From the NCBI GenBank assembly GCA_024137785.1, contig JAHRHZ010000083.1:1319308-1383307 (forward strand): DNA of 64,000 bases. Reading direction: 5' to 3'. The position numbers were made by a program, and so were the translations under genes. This stretch comes from Ginglymostoma cirratum (taxonomy: Eukaryota). Positions 1 through 10,570 of this stretch are shown here, piece by piece. Positions within the stretch are counted from its first letter, which is position 1. Each line of letters begins with the position of its first letter. The notes beneath the pieces are model-generated. The model was given only the letters and a program-made list of their open reading frames with translations. It was not told the DNA's origin and made no database searches.

Positions 1-74
1 GCAGTTGCAGCTTTGTTTTTAATTTTTTGAATGAAGTTTGTCTTTAACTGGTTTATATTGTTTAATTAAAGCGA

Positions 75-1625
75 GCTAGTGTGGATTTATTAAAGGAAAA
101 TCATGCTTAACCATCTTACTGGAGATCTTTAAAGATATACCAGAAAGGATTGATGAGAGCAATGCTTTTGATGTGGTATACGTTGACCTTCAGGCATTTG
201 ATACAGTGCTGCACAACAAACTCATGAGCAAAGTTGTGTTCATGGAATAAAAGGGACGGGATTCAAAAGCAGTAGGCAATGGCCTAGCGGTATTAGCACT
301 AGACGATTAATCCAGAGACCTAGGTAACATTCTGGGGACCTGGATTTGAATCTTATCATGTCACATAGTGGAAATAGAATTCAATGTTGTCAGGAGTTAG
401 TGAATCTTTCGAGTTCACTAATGTTCTTTAGGAAAGGAAATCTGGCATCCTCACCTAGTCTAGACTACACTTGAGGCCAGAAATGCATGCAAGTGGGACT
501 AGTTCATTTTAGGAAACGTGGTTGGCATAGACAGTTGGGCTAAAGGGTCTGTTTCCTTGCTGGATGACTCTATGACTTCAGACCCACAGCAGTGTGGTTG
601 TCTCTTAACTGCCCTCTGGGTAATTAGGAATGGGTAATAAATACTGGTTCAGCCAATGACCCCCACTTCCCATGAATGAATTTAAAAGAATTTGGCTGAG
701 TGAAAATGGATGTTTTCCTGGCTGGGGAAGATCTGCAGTGGAGCTTCCCCCATTGGTCTATGTTGAAACATTTGCCTTTCCCGATATATAAGAATGATCT
801 AGGCCTTGGTGTTTCGGCACAATTTCAAAATTTGCTAATGATGTAAAACTTGGAAGCATTGTAAGCTGCAAGAAGGACAGTGTAGAACTCGAAAAGGATA
901 GAGCAAATTTGTGGAGTGAACCAATATGTAATAGATGAAATTCAATGTGCAGAAGTGTGAGGTGATACATTTTAGTCGGAGGAACTTGGATGGATTGTAT
1001 AAAATAAAGATACAATGCTGAGGCAGGTGCAGGAGCAGAGGCCTTATGGGTGTTTTATGTGTCTATACGTCACTGTAGGTGCCTAGATGAGCTGAAAGAA
1101 CGTTTTAAATTCACGAGCACAGTATCCTGTGTGTCATTGTTTGTAAGAGCAAGGCAGTGATCTTGAACTTATGTACAACACTGATTCAGCCTCTGCTGGT
1201 GTATTGCTTCCAGTTCTGGATGCCACACCTTAGGAAGAATGTGAAGGCATTGAAGAGAATGCAGAAAAAGTTTATATAAATGATTCCAGCGATGGGTAAT
1301 TTTTGCAATAAAAATTAATTTGAGAAGTTGGGACTATTTTCCATCGGGAAGAGAAGACTGACATTAGACCTAATTGAATTATTTAAAATTGTCAAAGGCC
1401 TGGTTCGAGTAAATGGGGGAAATAGTTCCCACATGTGAAAAGATTGGGAATGAGAGGGCACAGATTGAAAGTAGTAACATCCCCATAGAAGCAAAAGTGA
1501 CATGAGGTAAACCTTTTCATATGAAGTGTGGTTCGGGTACACAGTGCACTGCCTGTGGGTGTTGTAGAGGTATGTTCAACGGAGCTATTCAGTAAGAAAT
1601 TAGATCATGTGCAGCATTGTGGCAA
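75..1625 (+). mobile_element. Decayed CR1 LINE, ORF2 (RT) 3' part, interrupted by a SINE
   Basis: Degenerate RT peptides GFIKGKSCLT, DVVYVD.AFDTV, ISKFANDVKLG, KFNVQKCEVIH and LVYCFQFWMPHLRK, with stops and frameshifts. Confidence 0.85.
271..687 (+). mobile_element. tRNA-derived SINE (family A; tail shared with the L2/CR1-group LINE), containing a CR1 3'-end fragment at ~471-574
   Basis: Head ggcaatggcctagcggta (A box) and ggatttgaatc (B box). Tail gggtaataaatactgg...cccatgaatgaa. Same family at 31706-32075 and 47075-47612. Confidence 0.75.
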
Positions 1626-1926
1626 TTCTCGCACCATTAACTATGACTATTAATTTTGATTAATCCATTTAATTCTGGTCTCTGCTATTCAGCTCATTAA
1701 TTAATTTAACTGTATTTCACAATCTCTTATTACTATTCTTTTAGTTTCTGTGGACCATCTCATCTCTTTTCTTTTTAAAGAAATTTCTTTGGAACTCAAA
1801 TATACCACAGTCCTTAGATCAGAAGAATTTTCTGCTCCTAAATCCCTGAATATTCAAAGATTATTAACTGCAGTCTGTCTATAGATTTTAGTCAATCTAT
1901 CAATATATACTAATTGAAAGACCTGT

Positions 1927-2041
1927 TGACTTTTTTAAAAATTGACCTGTTGAGATGTGCCATTATACACCTCTGGAACAGGTAGGACTTAGTCTTCCAG
2001 CTCAGAGGCAGGAATACGGTCACTGCACCACAGGAGCCCTT
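1927..2041 (-). mobile_element. Short tRNA-derived SINE (family B) with probable TSD
   Basis: Minus strand begins gggctcctgtggtgcagtg. Homologous to 55502-55615. Flanked by aaagacctgt (1917-1926) and aaagacccgt (2042-2051). Confidence 0.6.
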
Positions 2042-2129
2042 AAAGACCCGTATGATGTACTGAGTTTATATTAATTTATATGTGATACATTTTGATGACG
2101 TGATTCAAAGTTGACTTTTAGTTTTACTT

Positions 2130-2322
2130 TGGTGAGCCTGTGGAATTCACTATCACAGCAAGCAGTCAAGGCCAAAAAAAGTATGAGGAGTTGGATAAAG
2201 CACTTGGGGAGAAAGACACTAAAGGATATTGGGGGTGGGGGGAGTGTGGGAGTGGGAGTTGGATGATCAGCCATGACCATAATGAATGGCGCAACAGGCT
2301 TTAAGGGGTTGACGGTGTGACT
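2130..2322 (+). mobile_element. CR1 LINE 3' end fragment
   Basis: gagcctgtggaattcac...ggatgatcagccatgaccataatgaatggcg, typical of the CR1 ORF2 end and 3' UTR. Confidence 0.7.
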
Positions 2323-2349
2323 ATTTGACTTTGCTTTGGTCATGATAAT

Positions 2350-2495
2350 TTTGCTATTTGTGGAATCTTGCTGTCCACAAATGGTTGTCACCTTTCTGCA
2401 TTGCAACAGTGATGGCACTTCAGAGGTACTTAATTGACAGTTCTAAAGTGCTTTGGGATGTCCTGTTTTGTGAAAGATGCCATATAAATGCAATT
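2350..2495 (+). mobile_element. Deu-type SINE (SacSINE1/AmnSINE1-like) 3' part
   Basis: ttgctgtccacaaatggttgtc...caacagtgatggcacttcagaggtacttaattg...gctttgggatgtcctg...atataaatgcaa resembles the recalled DeuSINE core and tail. Confidence 0.6.
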
Positions 2496-3516
2496 TAAAA
2501 TTGTTCATTTGAAATCTAACCCACGCTACCCTAAAATAGTTCCGTTTCATCACCAGCATATGTTTTAAAACGGCTGCTGGAGAACGATTAAGACAGTCGC
2601 CTTTCGTGTCACTGTCTCTCTGGTCTTGGTGCAGACAGAGGTGGTGGAAGGCTCCAAATCAACAGTGAAGCTGTTTTTGGAACCTACTCTAAAAGAGAAC
2701 TGGTCATATAAATGGCGTGTTATTTGGATACAAAGAACCCTCTGACAAACATCATTTCAGTTGAAAAATTGCTGCACTAATCAGCCCTGCACATTAATTT
2801 CCAAATGGGAATAATGTACTGAAACAATCAACTTTTTTTCTTTCATGTGTGTTGGTAAATGCAGACACTTTAATCACTGCGCCAGTAAGCTCAATTCATC
2901 ACTCTCCATTGCTACTTAGAGTGGGTGAAAAAACACAAGTGGAGAAGCAGTCTCTCAAGTTCATAACAAAAGATGTGTTTGTTTGTTAGATTTCCCTTTG
3001 ACTCATCACTGTATGATGTTCTATGCGTTTATGATAAAGCTAAAAGTGTTGCTGTCACAGTGGTAGTTCCAAATGAAGTCACTGTTCTATGCATTAACTA
3101 CAGTGATTCTTTGCACTGATCTGTGCCTTTATAATGAGATATGGATTTAGTTCAGTGGAATTCAAAGCTGTTATTCAAACTCCTAATTGCTGTGATGGAA
3201 AAAATTTCATTAGACTTTCTAGTGGAAGGTGGTAATTGTGTTATATTTGGGATGCTGTTTTCTTTCATGGAGAGATGATGCTTTTTGATTTAACATTCTA
3301 CTTTTCCTGAAGGAGTAGGCTTTCAATGAGGTGTAACAATATGAGTGTATTTGCCTTAAAATGTCCAAAATTAACAATGACAATGTTTGGATATGTCTCT
3401 GCTTTTAAAAATACTTCCCCTCAACTGGCAGTGTTTTATTGTTGTTCCTGTGTGCTCCTAGCAGTTTGACTGTTCTGAGTTCAAGTAATTTTTCAATGCT
3501 TGCAGGCAAGAACTGG

Positions 3517-3812
3517 GAATGGCATGGTGGCTCAGTGGTTAGCACTGTTGACTCTCAGCGCCTGGGACCTGGGTTTGTTTCCAACCTCGGGTGACTGTGG
3601 AGTTTGCACATTTTCTCCATGTTTGTGTGGGTTTCTTCTGGGTGCTGCAGTTTCCTCCCACTGTCCAAAGATGTGCAGGCTAGGTGAATTAGCCATGGGA
3701 AATGCAGGGTTACGGGGATAGAGAAGGCGGGTGGGATATCTGGTATGCTCTTCGGAGGGTCACTGTGGACTCAATGGGTCAAATGGCCTGCTTCCACACT
3801 GTAGGGATTCTA
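3517..3812 (+). mobile_element. HE1-like (V-domain) tRNA-derived SINE
   Basis: A box tggctcagtggttagc, B box gggtttgtttcc, V-domain tggagtttgcacatt...gtttcctccca, and CR1-type tail atgggtcaaatggcctgcttcc. Confidence 0.88.
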
Positions 3813-4329
3813 AGAAGTTGTATCTCTGCAACCTAACCTATTTAATTCAGCAAGTATCCAAATTCCTGATCAATATCACAGCAGAATAAAAGGCACTAAG
3901 TTCACGGCCTTGGTCAGAACACATTCTATCAGTGTTTAAATTCTGCATGCGTAATGGAGTTTCAGATGCATTTTGCCAGACCCATGGATTGCACAATCCA
4001 ATTGGACTTGAGTCCCCTTGCTTTATGCAAATTATGCACTATGGGTATTCATGAGGGATGTTTCAGACTGCGTCTCAGTTAATCTATGTACCTTTGCACA
4101 CACTACTCAACTGGTCTCATTTATTAACATGTTGGCGTCAATAACTTTTGAGTTTTTTTTCGCTGGATTGCATCAAATTGATTGGTGCTGAAACCATGTG
4201 GTCACACTCTCAGCCTGACAGCTGACTACAATGGGACCGTGCTTTGTTGATTCTCAAAGTTGAGCTCAACAGCCTATTTTAGGAGTTGATGGGAGAAATT
4301 AATACTTAATTGAGCATGAGCGTACTAAT

Positions 4330-5415
4330 TCGGAGCATGAGAAGGCCACTTGGGACCTTGGGCATGCTTTGTCATTCAGTAGGATCATGCTGATATGAGT
4401 AATTTAAAATCCTGTATAAGTCCAGTAACTGTCATCCTCTTGTTTATCAAGAATTTATCCATCTCTGCTTTAAAGACTTTCCCTGTACCTTCTTTTGAGG
4501 AAGAGAGTTCCAAAGACTCATGGTCTGCTGAGAGAAAATAAGTTCTCCTTATCTCTCTCTCAAATGGACTATCCCTTATTTTTAAACAGTGACTCTTCAT
4601 TTTAGATTATCCTGCATGAGGAAACATCCTCTCCATAGGCACCCTATCAAGACCTTCTGTGTCTCCTTCCAGTCACTTCTTGTTCTAGCAGATTCAACCC
4701 TCCCTCATAAGACAACCCAGACTTCTCTGAATGCCTTCCTATGCATTTATTTTGTATCCTGAAAGGAGACCAATACTGTTCACAGTATTCTAATTGAAAT
4801 TTCACCAATGCCTTGTATAACTTAAGTATAACCTCCCTACTTTTGTATTCACAACAAATGTTAATACAAAGTAAAATGTGCTGCACTGTCCTGAGGAAGG
4901 GTCACCGGAGCCGAAATGTTAACTCCGATTTTTCTGCACAGATGCTGCCAGACCTGCTGAGCTTTTCCAGCAACTTTGTTTTTGTTAATACTAAGTAACT
5001 TCCCTAATTACTTGCTGTATCTACCTACCAACTTTTTGTAATTCATACATTAGGACACCCAGGCTCCTCTACCTCTCTGAATTCTGCAATCTCTTACCAT
5101 TTGGATAAAATACTTTTTTTACTCTTCATGCCAAAGGACAGTTTATATTTTCCATATCTAACTCACTTTTTTATCCAACCTGTAAACCTTTGTAGCTTCC
5201 TTATGTCCTCTTCACAAATTACTTTTCTGCCCATCTTAATGTCATCAGCAAATTTAGCAACTATACCTTTGATTCTTTCATCAAGCCAATCATCAAAATT
5301 GTTAAAAGTTAAGGTCCATGCACTGATCACTGTGGCACAACCCATTACATCTTGCCTCCCAGACAATGACTCACTTATGCTTAATGTTTCCTATTAGCTG
5401 GCCAATCTTCTGTCA
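4330..5415 (-). mobile_element. Decayed CR1 LINE ORF2 3' part, with a hammerhead element inserted
   Basis: Minus-strand ORF-track peptides AKFADDIKMG, LYKALVKFQLEYCEQYWSP and KVFKAEMDKFL. Confidence 0.88.
4875..4982 (+). mobile_element. Short Penelope-associated element with minimal hammerhead core (4888-4923) and 16-bp TSD
   Basis: gtc-CTGAGGA-agggtcaccggagcc-GAAATGTT-aac followed by cagatgctgccagacctgctgagc. Flanked by tgttaatacaaagtaa (4859-4874) and tgttaatactaagtaa (4983-4998). Confidence 0.72.
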
Positions 5416-5652
5416 CAACTCATTGGAGTAGCAGACTGGAAATCAAGACTGGCTATTTCTAGAGTTATCACAAAAATTAAACATTTTAAATGAAAGACAC
5501 AGAATCCCCAAACTACCTTATCTTCAGACCCAGATAATAGAAAGCCAAGACCAGGTTTCAGTACTGATGTGGGATTTGAATCAAAGATCCTATGGGGCAT
5601 AATTTGGTGGTGTGAAATAAGGCCATACTTCCAAACAAGTGAGATAACAGAG

Positions 5653-5779
5653 ATAGCAGGAACTGCAGATGCTGGAGTCAGAGTCGATACAGTGTGGAGC
5701 TGGAGGAACTCAGCAGGCCACGTAGCATCAGAGGAGCAGGAGAGTCGACATTTCGAGCCTTGACCCTTCATCAGGACTG
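5653..5779 (-). mobile_element. Short Penelope-associated element with minimal hammerhead core (5744-5777) and 14-bp TSD
   Basis: Minus strand reads agtc-CTGATGA-agggtcaaggctc-GAAATGTC-gact. Flanked by gtgagataacagag (5639-5652) and gtgacataacagag (5780-5793). Confidence 0.75.
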
Positions 5780-6037
5780 GTGACATAACAGAGCCACTGA
5801 TCCCCTGGGATAATGAGAGTGTCTGATTAATCTATACCTGACCAGCTGCTTGGTTTCAAGGTTGACCCAGGAGAACTAGATACCCTGTCAAATAAAGGAA
5901 GTGGTGTTTGATTTTAGTAATGAAAATTTTATATGATAAGAAGTTGATGAACCTTTAGTCAATTTTGAATACTAACATCTAGTATGGACTTTAACAAGTT
6001 TTTAGATAGTTTTGGGATAGAAGCGCCTTCAGTTATA

Positions 6038-6338
6038 GTGTCATAAAATCATACAGCGGGGAAACCCTTTGGTCCAATCTGACTATGCCAACCAAGTTTC
6101 CCAAACTGAACTAGTTCCTTTTGCCTGCATTTTGTCCATATCCCTCTAAATCTTTCCTATTCATGTACCTGTCCAAATGTCTTTTAAATGTTGTAACTGT
6201 ACCTGCAATTATCATTTCCTCTGGCAGTTCATTCCACATATGAACCACCCTCTGTGTTGAAAAAGTTACCCCTCAGGTCCTTTTAAATCTTTCTCCACTC
6301 ACATTAAAATTATGCCCTCTACTTTTGTACTCCCCTGT
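6038..6338 (-). mobile_element. CR1 LINE 3' end
   Basis: Minus strand encodes RFKRT.GVTF.TQRVVHMWNELPEE followed by the CR1 3' UTR. Closely similar to 7056-7315 and 21515-21850. Confidence 0.8.
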
Positions 6339-6569
6339 TTCAATCCCTCAGGTGTCTTTTGACATTTTTAAGTCTAGTTCTACTTAAGTATGTACTGTAT
6401 CTGGGAGTCTTTCACCAGCCGTAAAATAATTATTCATTAACAGGGCATTCTTTCTCCAGGGAAGAATAGAGTAATTTATGTTCCGTTATCTCCAATGGTT
6501 CCCTGACATTTGAAATCTGATTTGTAATTAAACTTGGACATTCCCTCTTCAAGCAATTGTTTTCTGCAC

Positions 6570-7045
6570 TGAAATTTCAGTTATATGAGGAGACTGGAGA
6601 TTCTGGGGTGGTTATCCTTAGAAGAGAAAGGTAAGCTGGTATTTTTTAGGGTTGTTAAAAAATTAAAAAGGGCTTGAAACAGTAAATAACCTGTTTCTAG
6701 TGGCAGAGGACTCACTTATCAGAGGACTTTGATTTGTGGGATGCACAGTAACTTTGAAAAGGAAGTTGGATAAGTAGTTGAAGGAATTTTATTTTCATTT
6801 GTGAGATGTAGATATCGTTGGTTGCACCAGCATTTATTGTCCGCCCCTAGTTGCTCTTGTTGAACCGCTTTATTCTACCTGCTGTGGGTTGACCCACAAT
6901 GCTGTTAGGGAGGGAATTTAATTTATCATGCTGTGGGGAGACAACCAGAAGGTGGGATTTATCAGATTGGTCTTTGAAAGGATTCACATCAACATGATGG
7001 GTAGACTGGCTTCCTTCTGTGTTGTAATAATCTTGTGGTTCTAGA
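6570..7045 (+). mobile_element. Decayed CR1 3' end interrupted by a minus-strand LINE tail (~6785-6920)
   Basis: ttcagttatatgaggagactggag...atgatgggtagactggcttccttctgtgttgtaa. The insert carries ccagcatttattg and tgtgggttgacccacaatgc. Confidence 0.55.
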
Positions 7046-7055
7046 ACTTAGTAAT

Positions 7056-7315
7056 AGAGATGTACAGCATGGAAACAGACCCTTCAGTCCAACTTGTCCA
7101 TGCCAACCGGATGTCCTAAATACATCTAGTCCCATTTGCCAACATTTGGCCCATATCCCTCAAAACCCTTCCTGTTCATATACCAATCCAGATGCCTTTT
7201 AAATATTGTAATTTTACCAGGATCCACCACTTCCTCTGGCAGCTCATTCTGTACACACACCACCCTCTGAGTGAAAAAGTTGCCCCTTAGATCCCTTTTA
7301 AATCTTTCCCCTGTC
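7056..7315 (-). mobile_element. CR1 LINE 3' end
   Basis: ORF 7126..7371 peptide GERFKRDLRGNFFTQRVVCVQNELPEEVV...FKRHLDWYMNRKG is the CR1 ORF2 C-terminus. Confidence 0.88.
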
Positions 7316-7454
7316 ACCACATAAGGCAAAACTAGGTGAAATGCAAGTCTTAACAGATGATTTTGTTTCAAAAGACAATGTGTGCTGAAGCCTGTTTTCT
7401 ATAAATAAATTGGCTAGTTGCTTAGAAGGATTCATTTTACATTATCATCCAGGA

Positions 7455-7785
7455 ATTCACCCAGGCTCCTTAGACAACACCTTCCAAACTCACCACGACT
7501 ACTGTCAAGAAGGATATGGGGGATCACATGCATGGGAACACCACCAACTGCAAGTTTCCCTTCTTGCCACTCAGCATCCTGATTTGGAAATGTATCATTG
7601 CTCCTTCCATGTCACTGGGCCCAATCCTGAAACTACCTTCCCTAGTACCACTATGGAGTTACCAGCACAAAATGGATTGCAATATTTTAAGAAAGCAGTT
7701 CACCACTACCACCTGAAGAGCAACCAGAGGTGGGCAATAAGTGCCACCCAAGTCAGCAATGCCCAGGTCCCATGAATGAAAAAGG
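7455..7785 (+). mobile_element. L2/CR1-group LINE 3' end (partner of SINE family A)
   Basis: catgggaacaccaccaactgcaagtttccc...gggcaataagtgc...cccatgaatgaaaaa. The same sequence recurs at 10250, 13155, 31375, 60650 and 62965. Confidence 0.7.
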
Positions 7786-8104
7786 GGAAATGTTTGATTA
7801 AGCAAGATCATTGTACTCCATATACCCTGACATTCAGAACTAATAAAAATCTCTCTAGACTGCATTTGTTGAGCTGCTGTTGAAAGCACTGATTGTAACT
7901 TGTTGCAAATTTTACATTTTGAATGCATTGGCTGAGACTCTGCATTGCCAGTTGTTCTTTGTATACGTGCATATCCTCTAGGTCTGACTGTCTCTTCTAT
8001 CGCCTTCAATGAAATAAAAGAAAAAAAAAGAAAAAAAATCTTGTCAGGTTTTCCTCACTGTCTTCTCAAATTATAACATTCTCTTTATATAGAGAAAGGA
8101 AAAC

Positions 8105-8500
8105 ATGCATTATTATAAATACTTGGACATTTCTTGAAGATGTTCCTAAAGGTTTGCAGTCATTTAGTTTGAAATCATTGTTATGTAGTTGATATGGCAG
8201 TTGTTGTACCCACAGTAACATTCCATGAACAGTAATGACTGTTTCTTTACGCTTGATAGCTGCTGCATAAAGGAATTTGGTCCCAACACTAATAGAATTT
8301 GCTATTCCTCTTTGATAACTAGCGTATGATTCTTATTTTCAAACTGAACGGGCCAGTTGGCTTCTTGTCTTGATGTTATGTTTGAATGATGACACCTCTG
8401 ATGTCTCAGTTTCTTGGCACTCTCCAGGTGTCAATACAAATTAAAAATGCTTTCTGCAGAATGACTTTTAAACCGATAACTTTCTTACTCTGGCTGAAGA
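8105..8500 (-). mobile_element. Highly decayed Deu-type SINE
   Basis: Reverse-complement similarity to 2350-2495 and similarity to 57668-57990 (gatatggcagttgttgtacccacagtaacattccatgaacagtaatg). Confidence 0.45.
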
Positions 8501-10249
8501 GCTACCTGTTCAGGAAAGTGAAGCCCTAAGTTCCACTTGATAAAAATTGTCACGATTTTAATGGGTGTAGGAAAGGGTACTTAATTCAGTTTTCTGAGCA
8601 AGTAATATTTAAATACCTGATCTAGTCATTTTTAAGAGCGAGAACTGAATGGGCAGATCTGGATGTCATCCATTAGGATGCCGAGAGACATCTGGATTCG
8701 TCTTCCTCTGATAGCTACTAAATGAATGCTGGTGAACCTGTTCATCAATCCAGACCAATGCTGAGCCTTTGACTTGCCTTTTAATGTTACTCTAAACCTC
8801 TATGAATAAGGATTCTGTTCCTTCGTGCTCTCACTAGCAGTCCTGTACAACCTGTCATAGGAGGAATCTAATCAGTTTATTGTTGGTTTAATGGATTTCC
8901 ATGTCTTCACATCAAATCAAGTAAGAACCTTTCTTCATGTAAAGATATTCAGTCAGGCCTCTTTTCTCAATTTACACTGTTGATGGGAAGCTTTGACAAA
9001 AGCATGGCAATAGACTAAGATTTAACAGATGGCAAATACTTGTCAACATAAATTTTTCATGTTTAGTTGGGATGGAAGTGGTTGAGCTACTGGCTGCAGA
9101 AAATCACAATGGTAATTCTTCTCCCTCTCTAGCAATTTGTGCTTTGAGGTAAGTAGAAGGTGCTTTTATTCAAAGTGCGTAAAAGTCTATATTATAAGGT
9201 AGCCTGCTTCTGTTTTAGAATTTTTAAGGTCACGGACTTAAAACCTATTAGGAACTGGGGTGCCCTATCTATTGATTCTCTCATTCCCTTATTAATAGCA
9301 ACCAGATGTTACTTTAAATGACAACCATTTACAATTATGATGGTCCTATAATTATCTGTTAAAAGCGATATTCTGCTAGGGTTATTAGAAAGGAGAAGCA
9401 TGCAATTTTTGTGATGTGACCAGAGTGAAGGACAGCAGTTAACTAAAATAAGATTTTTGCACAGTGTTCTCTGAAATGGAAGCTGCTGAATGGACCTTGA
9501 AGAATACAAAATTAATGGGAATAAAATTAATGTGGCTTTTTAATCTGATTCTTAATCAGTTGTCAGTAATTCTGAAGATATGCTATTTATTTTAGAAATT
9601 AGCATATCTGATTGCTTTAGGAACTGAGTTACCACATTAATGAGAAAATATTTTTGATGGAAGCAGTGTGCTGTGCATAAATTGTGCAGAATTAGAAAGT
9701 TGAGGTCGCTTCTGTTTGTGCTGCAGCATTACGTTATGCAACAACCTACAGCTATATGTCCCTTCAGAAGTGAAGTAATGCCTTCACCGACAGAACTAAA
9801 CATTGCAAAAATTTCCTGTATGGAAATAAATCAAAATTAGATCACTCAAATCATTACCGGTGTTATGACTGGTTGTCCTAGATCTGCGCACAGTTTGCCA
9901 CTCATTATCTCTGTATCTTGTTTCAGATGTTGTCCTTATTTCTCTTCTGGAATGTACATTAGCATAAGGTTCACAGGCTTGACTGCCTTTGAAGTACTTG
10001 CACAGCAACTAGGAGTTTGATCAGAATTATAAATCTGTAATAAAGTTAGTAAGTAATTGTCACCACAATTGGCATAGTGCTGACAGCATTTCAACCAGTG
10101 GGTAAAAGGATTAGAAAGCTTGAACTCTTCATTTCTAATTTCCTTCAAAAATCTTAGCCGTTTTAGCTAATTTAGAAACGCCTCCAGTTATTACAGTCTA
10201 CTTAACTACCTATAAGCATATTCATTAAAGCTATCTTGTTCCTTATGGT

Positions 10250-10570
10250 TTTTTAATTGATTCGTGGGATATGGACCTTGTTGACTAGCTAGCATTTATT
10301 GCCTGTCCCTAGTTGCCCTTGAGAAGGTTGTGGTGAGCTGCCTTCTTGAGCACTGCAGTCCACCTGCTGTGGGTTGACCCACAATGCCCTGAGGGAGGGA
10401 ATTCCAGGATTTTGACCCAGCAACGGTGAGGAAATGGGACATAGTTTCAAGTCATGATGATGAGTGGCTTGAAGGGGAACTTGCAGGTGGTGGTGTTCCC
10501 ATGTATCTGCTGCCCTTGTCCTTCTAGGAGGAAGGGGCCGTGGGTTTGGAAGGTGCATCTGCTGCACTGT
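10250..10570 (-). mobile_element. L2/CR1-group LINE 3' end
   Basis: agcatttattgcctgtccctagttgcccttgagaagg...ggggaacttgcaggtggtggtgttcccatg, the reverse complement of 7455-7785. Confidence 0.78.

Noticed and set aside
3500-3721. ORF 3500..3721 and the similar ORF 23491..23751 as a small protein family
   Set aside because: Both are read-throughs of HE1-like SINE copies. The similarity comes from the repeat.
5394-5786. 130-aa ORF sharing CSSDATWPA.FLQLHTV with ORF 36401..36598
   Set aside because: The shared peptide is the translation of the non-coding hammerhead mini-element.
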